Source: the human T2T-CHM13v2.0 reference genome, Homo sapiens. Taken from it: DNA of 64,000 bases. The notes below the pieces were generated by a model. It saw nothing but the letters and a program-made list of their open reading frames with translations. It had not been told where the DNA came from and searched no databases. This document shows positions 54,936 through 64,000 of the stretch, one piece after another. Within the stretch, counting starts at the first letter, position 1. Each line of letters opens with the position of its first letter. The stretch lies in assembly GCF_009914755.1 (NCBI RefSeq), contig NC_060933.1; one strand, written 5' to 3'. The position numbers were made by a program, and so were the translations under genes.

Positions 54936-57900
54936 CCATTCCATTCCATTCCATTCCATTCCATTCTATTCCATTCCTTTCCATTCCATTCCATTCCATT
55001 CCATTCCTTTCCATTCCATTACGGATGATTCCATTCCATTGCATTCCATTCCATTCCATTCCCCTGTACTCGGGTTGATTCCATTCCATTCCGTTCCAAT
55101 CCATGCCATTCCACTCGTGTTGATTCCATTCTTTCCATTCCATTCAAGTTGAATCCATTCCATTGCATTCCATTGCATTCAATTCCATTCGATTGCACTC
55201 GGGTTGATTCCATTCCATTCCATTCCATTCCATTCCATTCCATTCCATTCCATTCCGTTCCATTCCATTCCATTACATTCGGATTGATTCTATTGAATTC
55301 CCTTACACTCCATTACATTCCATTCCATTCGGGTAGTTTCCCTTGCTTTCCATTCCATTCCTCTCCATTCCATTACACTCGGGTTGATTCCATTCCATTC
55401 CATTCCATTCCATTCCATTCCATTCCATTCCATTTCATTCCATTCCATTCCGGATGATTCCATTCCATTGAATTCCATTCCATTCCATTCCCCTGCACTT
55501 GGGTTGATTCCATTCCATTCCACACCATTCCTTCCGTTCCGTTCCGTTCCATTCCATTCCATTCCATTCTATTCGTTTTAATTCCATTCCATTCTATTCC
55601 AATCCATTCCATTGAAATCGAGTTGATTCCATTCCATTCCATTCCATTCCATTCCATTCCATTCCATTCCATTCCGGATGATTCCATTCCATTGTATTCC
55701 TTTCCATTCCATTCCCCTGCACTCGTGTTGATTCCATTCCATTCCATTACATTCCGTTCCATTCCATTCCATTCCATTCTATTCGGGTTATTTCCATTCC
55801 ATTCCATTCCATTCCATTGCAATCGAGTTGATTCCATTCCATTCCTTTCCATTCCATTCCATTGCCTTGCATTCCACTCGGGTTGATTCCATTCCCTTCT
55901 TTCCACTCCATTACATTCCCTTCCATTCCACTCGGAATGATTTATTCCATTCCATTCCATTCCATTTCATTCCATTGCAATCCATTCCAATCCATTGCAT
56001 TCCATTCCATTCCACTCGAGTTGATTTCATTCCATTCCTTTCCATTCCATTCCATTCCTTTCCACTCGAGATGATTCCATTCCATGCCATTCCATTGCAT
56101 TCCATTCCATGCCATTCCACTCGGGTTGATTCCATTCTATTCCATTCTATTCCATTCCATTCCATTCCATTCCATTCCATTGCATTCCATTCCATTCCAT
56201 TCCCCTGCACTCGGGTTTATTCCATTCCATTCCATTCCATTTAATTCCATTCCATTCCATTCCATTCCATTCCAATCCGTTCCATTCCATTCCATTCTAT
56301 TCCATTGCAATCGACTTGATTCCATTCCATTCCTTTCCATTCCATTCCATTCCATTCCATTCCATTTTGTTCCAATGCATTCTATTCCGAACCATTCCAT
56401 TCCAATCCATTCCATTCCATTCCATTCCATTCCATGCCATTCCACTCGGGTTGATTCCATTCCTTTCCATTCCATTCGGGTTGAATCCATTCCACTCCAT
56501 TCCATTCCATTCGAATCCATTCCATTACACTCGGGTTGATTCCATTCCATTCCATTCCATTCGATTCCATTCCATTCCATTCCATTCCGTTCCATTCCAT
56601 TTCATTACATTCAGATTGATTCTATTGAATTCCCTTACACTCCATTATATTCCAATCCATTCTGGTTGTTTCCATTCCATTCCATTCCATTTCACTCCAT
56701 TCCATTGCACTCGGTTTGATTCCATTCCATTCCATTACATTCCATTCCGGATGATTCCATTCCATTGCATTCCATTCCATTCCATTCCCCTGCACTCAGG
56801 TTGATTCCATTCCATTCCATTCCACTCCATTCAGTTCCGTTCCATTCCATTCTATTGCATTCCATTCTATTCGGGTTAATTCCATTCCATTCTATTCCAT
56901 TCCATTGCATTCCATTCCATTGCAATGTAGTTGATTCCATTCCATTCCATTCCATTCCATTCCGGATGATTCCATTCCATTGCATTCCATTCCATTCCAT
57001 TCCCCTGCACTCGTGTTGATTCCATTCCCTTCCATTCCATTCCATTCCGTTCCATTCCATTGCATTCCATTCTATTCCGGTTAATTCCATTCCATTCCAT
57101 TCCATTCCATTCCATTGCAATCGAGTTGATTCCATTCCATTCCTTTCCATTCCATTCCATTGTCTTGCATTCCAATCGGGTTGATTCCATTCCCTTCTTT
57201 CCACTCCATTACATTCCCTTCCATTCCACTCGGAATGATTGATTCCATTCCATTCCATTCCATTTCATTCCATTGCAATCCATTCCATTCCATTCCATTC
57301 CATTCCATTCCACTCGAGTTGATTTCATTCCATTCCTTTCCATTCCATTCCATTCCTTTCCACTCGAGTTGATTCCATTCCATTCCATTCCATTGCATTC
57401 CATTCCACGCCATTCCAGTCGGGTTGATTCCATTCCTTTGCATTCCATTCCATTCCATTCCATTCCATTCCATTCCATTCCATTCCGTTGCATTCCATTC
57501 CATTACATTCGGTTTGATTCTATTCAACTCCCTTACTCTCCATTACATTCCATTCCATTCGGGTTGTTCCATTCCATTCCATTCCATTCCACTCCATTCC
57601 ATTGCACTCGGGTTTATTCCATTCCATTCCATTCCATTCCATTCCATTCCATTCCGTTCCATTCCATTCCTTTATATTCGGATTCATTCTATTCAATTCC
57701 CTTACACTCCATTACATTCCATTCCATTCGGGTAGTTTCCATTCCATTCCATTCCATTCCTCTCCATTCCATTGCACTCGGGTTGATTCCATTCCATTGC
57801 ATTCCATTCCATTCCATTCAATTCCATTCCGTTCCATTCCATTCCATTACATTCGGATTGATTCTATTCAACTCCCTTACTCTCCATTACATTCCATTCC

Positions 57901-60900
57901 ATTCGGGTTGTTCCATTCCATTCCATTCCATTCCACTCCATTCCATTGCACTCGGGTTTATTCCATTCCATTCCATTCCATTCCATTCCGGAAGATTCCA
58001 TTCCATTGCATTCCATTCCATTCCATTCCCCTGCAGTCGCGTTGATTCCATTCCATTCCATTCTATTCCATTCCATTCCCTTCCTTTCCATTCTATTCTA
58101 TTCCATTCCATTCCATTCCATTCCATTCCGTTCCGTTCCATTCCATTCCATTCCATTCCATTCTATTCTGTTAATTCCATTCCATTCCATTCGATTGCAA
58201 TCGAGTTGATTCCATTCCATTCCATTCCATTCCGTTTCATTCCATTCCTTTCCATTCCATTACGGATGATTCCATTCCATTGCATTCCATTCCATTCCAT
58301 TCCCCTGTACTCGGGTTGATTCCATTCCATTCCATTCCAATCCATGCCATTCCACTCGTGTTGATTCCATTCTTTCCATTCCATTCAAGTTGAATCCATT
58401 CCATTGCATTCCATTCCTTTCAATTCCATTCGATTGCACTCGGGTTGATTCCATTCCATTGCATTCCATTCCATTCCATTCCATTCCATTCCATTCCGTT
58501 CCATTCCATTTCATTACATTCAGATTGATTCTATTCAATTCCCTTACACTCCATTATATTCCAATCCATTCTGGTTGTTTCCATTCCATTCCATTCCATT
58601 TCACTCCATTCCATTGCACTCGGGTTGATTCCATTCCATTCCATTCCATTGCATTCCATTCCATTCCATTCCGGATGATTCCATTCCATTGCATTCCGTT
58701 CCATTACATTCCCCTGCACTCGGGTTAATTCCATTCCATTCCATTCCATTCCATTCGATTCCATTCCATTCCAATTCTTTCCATTCCATTCTATTCCATA
58801 CCATTCCATTCCATTCCATACAATTCCATTCCATTCCATTCCATTCCATTCCATTCCATTCCATTCCATTCCATTCCGTTCTGTTCCGTTCCGTTCCGTT
58901 CCGTTCCATTCCATTCCATTCCATTTTATTCAGGTTAATTCCATTCCATTCCATTCCATTCCATTCTATTCCATTCCATTGCAATCGAGTTAAATCCATT
59001 GCATTCCATTCCATTCCATTCCATTACATTACATTCCGGAAGATCCCATTCCATTGCGTTCCATTCCATTCCATTCCCCTGTACTCGGGTTGATTCCATT
59101 CCATTGCATTCCATTCCATTCCATTCTTTTCCTTTCCATTCCATTCCATTCCATTGCCTTCCGTTCCATTCCATTCAATTCCATTCTGTTCCATTCCATT
59201 CCATTACATTCGGATTGATTCTATTCAACTCCCTTACTCTCCATTACATTCCATTCCATTCGGGTTGTTCCATTCCATTCCATTTCACTCCATTACATTG
59301 CACTCGGGTCCATTCCATTCCATTCCATTCCATTCCATTCCATTCCATTCCATTCCGGAAGATTCCATTCCATTGCATTCCTTCCATTCCATTCCCCTGC
59401 TCTCGCGTTGATTCCAGTCCATTCCATTCCATTCCATTAGATTCCATTCCATTCCATTACTTTCCGTTCCATTCCATTCCATTCCATTCCATTCCGTTCC
59501 GTTCCGTTCCGTTCCGTTCCGTTCCGTTCCATTCCATTCCATTCCATTCTATTCGGGTTATTTCCATTCCATTCCATTGGATTGCAATCGAGTTGATTCC
59601 ATTCCCTTCCATTCCATCCATTCCATTCCATTCCATTCCTTTCCATTCCTTTACGGATTATTCCATTCCATTGCATCACATTCCATTCCATTCCCCTGTA
59701 CTCGGGTTGATTCCATTCCATTCCATTCCAATCCATGCCATTCCACTCGTGTTGATTCCATTCTTTCCATTCCATTCAAGTTGAATCCATTCCATTGCAT
59801 TCCATTCCATTCAATTCCCCTGCAGTTGGGTTGATTCCATTCCATTCCATTCCATTCCATTCCATTCCATTCCATTCCGTTCCGTTCCATTCCATTCCAT
59901 TCCATTCTATTCGGGTTAATTCCATTCCATTCCATTCCATTCCATTCAATTCCATTCCAATCGATTTGATTCCATTCCATTCCATTCCATTCCATTCCAT
60001 TCCACTCCATTCCAGTCCTTTCCATTCCATTCCACTCGGGTTGATTCCATTGTATTCCTTTCCATTCCATTCCATTCCATTGCAATCGAGTTGATTCTAC
60101 TGCTTTGCATTCCATTCCATTCCATTCCATTCCGGATGATTCCATTCCATTGCATTCCATTCCATTCCATTCCCCTGCACTCGGGTTGATTCCATTCCAT
60201 TCCACTCCATTCCGTTCCCTTCCATTCCATTCCATTCCATTGTATTCGTGTTAATTCCATTCCATTCCATTCCATTCCATTCCATTCCATTCCAATCCAA
60301 TACAATCGAGTTGATTCCATTCCATTCCCTTCCATTCCATTCCATTCCATTCCATTCCTTTCCATTCCATTCCACTCGGGTTGATTCCATTCTATTAGTT
60401 TCCATTCCATTGCATTCCCTTCCATTCCAATCTGGTTGATTCAATTCCTTTCAATTCTACTCGAATACATTCCCTCCTATTCCACTCGGAACGATTCCAT
60501 TCCATTCCATTCCATTCCATTCCATTCCATTCCATTCCATTCCATTTCGTTCCATTCCATTCTATTCCGTACCATTCCATTCCATTCCATTCCTTTCCTT
60601 TCCATTCTATTCCACTCGTGTTGATTCCATTCCTTTCCATTCCATTCGGTTTGAAGGCATTCCATTCCATTCCATTCCATTCCATTCCATTCCATTCCAT
60701 TCCGGAAGATTCCATTCCATTGCATTCCACTCCATTCCATTCCGCTGCACTCGCGTTGATTCCATTCCATTCCATTCCATTCCATTCCATTCCGTTCCGT
60801 TCCATTCCATTGCATTCCATTCCATTCCATTCCGTTCCGTTCCATTCCATTCCATTCCATTCCATTCCATTCCATTCGGGTAAATTGCATTCCATTCCTT

Positions 60901-61685
60901 TCGATTGCAATCGAGTTGATTCCATTCCATTCCATTCCATTCCATTCCGTTTCGTTCCATTCCATTTGATTCAATTCCATTCCATTCCATTCCATTCCAT
61001 TGCGTTCCATTCCATTCCATTACATTCGGATTGATTCTATTCAATTCCCTTACACTCCATTACATTCCATTCCATTCGGGTAGTTTCCATTGCATTCCAT
61101 TCCATTCCTCTCCATTCCATTGCACTCGGGTTGATTCCATTCCATTGCATTCCATTCCATTCCATTCCATTCCATTCCATTCCATTCCATTCCGTTCCAT
61201 TCCATTCCATTACATTCGGATTCATTCTATTCAATTCCCTTACACTCCATTACATTCCATTCCATTCGGGTAGTTTCCATTCCATTCCATTCCATTCCTC
61301 TCCATTCCATTGCACGCGGGTTGATTCCATTCCATTGCATTCCATTCCATTCCATTCAATTCCATTCCGTTCCATTCCATTCCATTACATTCGGATTGAT
61401 TCTATTCAACTCCCTTACTCTCCATTACATTCCATTCCATTCGGGTTGTTCCATTCCATTCCATTCCATTCCACTCCATTCCATTGCACTCGGGTTTATT
61501 CCATTCCATTCCATTCCATTCCATTCCGGAAGATTCCATTCCATTGCTTTCCATTCCATTCCATTCCCCTGCAGTCGCCTTGATTTCATTCCATTCCATT
61601 CTATTCCATTCCATTCCCTTCCTTTCCGTTCCATTCTATTCCATTCCATTCCATTCCATTCCATTCCGTTCCGTTCCATTTCATT

Positions 61686-61880
61686 CCTTTCCATTCTATT
61701 CGGTTAATTCCATTCCATTCCATTCGATTGCAATCGAGTTGATTCCATTCCATTCCATTCCATTCCGTTCCATTCCATTCCTTTCCATTCTATTCGGTTA
61801 ATTCCATTCCATTCCATTCGATTGCAATCGAGTTGATTCCATTCCATTCCATTCCATTCCGTTCCATTCCATTCCTTTCC
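61686..61880 (+). repeat. 94 bp local tandem duplication
   Basis: CCTTTCCATTCTATTCGGTTAA...CGATTGCAATCGAGTTG starts at 61686 and 61780. It is single in the paralogous unit near 52965. Confidence 0.8.
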
Positions 61881-64000
61881 ATTCCATTACGGATGATTCC
61901 ATTCCATTGCATTCCATTCCATTCCATTCCCCTGTACTCGGGTTGATTCCATTCCATTCCATTCCAATCCATGCCATTCCACTCGTGTTGATTCCATTCT
62001 TTCCATTCCATTCAAGTTGAATCCATTCCATTGCATTCCATTCCATTCGATTCCATTCGATTGCACTCTGGTTGATTCCATTCCATTGCATTCCATTCCT
62101 TTTCATTCCATTCCATTCCTTTCCATTCCATTTCATTACATTCAGATTGATTCTATTCAACTCCCTTACACTCCATTATATTCCAATCCATTCTGGTTGT
62201 TTCCATTCCATTCCATTCCATTTCACTCCATTCCATTGCACTCGGGTTGATTCCATTCCATTCCATTCCATTGCATTCCATTGCATTCCATTCCGGATGA
62301 TTCCATTCCATTGCATTCCGTTCCATTACATTCCCCTGCACTCTGGTTAATTCCATTCCATTCCATTCCATTCCATTCCATTCCATTCCATTCCAATTCT
62401 TTCCATTCCATTCTATTCCATACCATTCCATTCCATTCCATACAATTCCATTCCATTCCATTCCATTCCATTCCATTCAGTTCCGTTCCGTTCCGTTCCG
62501 TTCCGTTCCTTTCCATTCCATTCCATTTTATTCCGGTTAATTCCATTCCATTCCATTCCATTCCATTCTATTCCATTCCATTGCAATCGAGTTGAATCCA
62601 TTGCATTCCATTCCATTCCATTCCATTACATTACATTCCGGAAGATTCCATTCCATTGCGTTCCATTCCATTCCATTCCCCTCTACTCGGGTTGATTCCA
62701 TTCCATTGCATTCCATTCCATTCCATTCCATTCCATTCCGTTCCATTCCATTCCATTACATTCGGATTGATTGTATTCAACTCCCTTACTCTCCATTACA
62801 TCCCATTCCATTCGGGTTGTTCCATTCCATTCCATTCCATTCCACTCCATTCCATTGCACTCGGGTTGATTCCATTCCATTCCATTCCATTCCATTCCAT
62901 ACCATTCCATTCCGGAAGATTCCATTCCATTGCGTTCCATTCCATTCCATTCCCCTACACTCGCGTTGATTCCATTCCATTCCATTCCATTCCATTCCAT
63001 TCCGTTCCGTTCCATTGCATTCCATTCCATTCCATTCCATTCCATTCCATTCCGTTCCGTTCCGTTCCATTCCACTCCATTCCATTCTATTCGCGTTAAT
63101 TCCATTCCATTCCATTCGATTGTAATCGAGTTGATTCCATTCAATTCCATTCCATTCCATTCCATTCCATTCCATTCCATACCATTCCATTCCGGAAGAT
63201 TCCATTCCATTGCGTTCCATTCCATTCCATTCCCCTACACTCGCGTTGATTCCATTCCATTCCATTCCATTCCATTCCATTCCATTCCATTCCATTCCAT
63301 TCCGTTCCGTTCCATTGCATTCCATTCCATTCCATTCCATTCCATTCCGTTCCGTTCCGTTCCATTCCATTCCATTCTATTCGCGTTAATTCCATTCCAT
63401 TCCATTCGATTGTAATCGAGTTGATTCCATTCAATTCCATTCCATTCCATTCCATTCCATTCCATTCCTTTCCATTCAATTCCATTCCATTCCATTCCTT
63501 TCCATTCCATTACGGATGATTCCATTCCATTGCATTCCATTCCATTCCATTCCCCTGTACTCGGGTTGATTCCATTCCATTCCGTTCCAATCCATGCCAT
63601 TCCACTCGTGTTGATTCCATTCTTTCCATTCCATTCAAGTTGAATCCATTCCATTGCATTCCATTGCATTCGATTCCATTCGATTGCACTCGGGTTGATT
63701 CCATTCCATTCCATTCCATTCCATTCCGTTCCATTCCATTCCATTACATTCGGATTGATTCTATTGAATTCCCTTACACTCCATTACATTCCATTCCATT
63801 CGGGTAGTTTCCCTTCCATTCCATTCCATTCCTCTCCATTCCATTGCACTCGGGTTGATTCCATTCCATTCCATTCCATTCCATTCCATTCCATTCCATT
63901 TCATTCCATTCCATTCCAGATGATTCCATTCCATTGAATTCCATTCCATTCCATTCCCCTGCACTTGGGTAGATTCCATTCCATTCCCCTGCACTTGGGT

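Larger units (their letters stand above)
31566..63203. promoter_or_regulatory. Further perfect consensus heat-shock elements (GGAATCTTCCGGAAT or its reverse complement)
   Basis: Starts seen at 31566, 33988, 40621, 43038, 46429, 48633, 50811, 52797 (ATTCGGGAAGATTCC), 53819, 54368, 54663, 57985, 59352, 60699, 61523, 62635, 62909 and 63189. Sequence match only. Confidence 0.55.
52490..63970 (+). repeat. Dispersed direct segmental repeats in block 3: ~1.4 kb unit at ~52490, ~57680 and ~61215; longer ~3 kb match between ~52490-55510 and ~61215-63970
   Basis: Nearly identical ORF translations at 52969/58163/61790 and 53196/58390/62017. Shared words include CTGCAGTCGC, TATATTCCAATCCATTCTGGTTG, CCCCTACACTCGCG and CTATTGAATTCCC. 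Confidence 0.82.
49941..64000 (+). repeat. HSat3 array block 3, CATTC on the + strand
   Basis: Orientation reverts to (CATTC)n after ...CAACCCGAGTG|CATTCC... and stays so to the window end. Confidence 0.97.

Noticed and set aside
57680-62830. ~3.63 kb spacing between repeat copies (58163 to 61790), reminiscent of the DYZ1 3.6 kb unit
   Set aside because: It is a single interval, the preceding one is ~5.19 kb, and there is no regular tandem periodicity.
55-63994. Hundreds of ORFs of 60-367 aa with IPFHS or MEWNG repeats
   Set aside because: (CATTC)n has no stop codon in any of the six frames, and its 15 nt period translates to IPFHS/MEWNG. ORFs overlap in all frames on both strands, with no domain content, so they are artefacts.
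1-64000. CRISPR-like alternation of conserved words and intervening sequence
   Set aside because: The intervening stretches are pentamer runs rather than unique spacers, lengths are irregular, and there are no cas genes or leader.
1-64000. HSat2, alpha satellite or telomeric repeat
   Set aside because: The sequence is not dominated by CATTCGATTC, and I saw no 171 bp monomers, CENP-B boxes or TTAGGG arrays.

Overview
The whole 64 kb window is human/great-ape-type classical satellite III (HSat3): a (CATTC/GGAAT)n pentamer array interrupted in register by a small set of variant words, including the classical CAACCCGAGT. I found no real genes, RNA genes, transposons or CRISPR arrays; all listed ORFs are the 15-nt IPFHS/MEWNG translation of the pentamer. 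The internal structure is rich. There are two sharp strand switches (22423/22424 and 49939-49942) bounding a 27.5 kb inverted block. Each switch is the centre of a spacered fold-back palindrome, and the two involve the same pair of words, as reciprocal breakpoints might. Two sequence dialects form a nested B-A|A'-B' arrangement. A very recent ~9.06 kb tandem duplication carries a 649 bp deletion in copy 2. About 20 perfect three-unit heat-shock elements (GGAATCTTCCGGAAT) are confined to one dialect. All alignments were made by eye using rare variant words and ORF-track offsets, so boundaries other than the two junctions are approximate.
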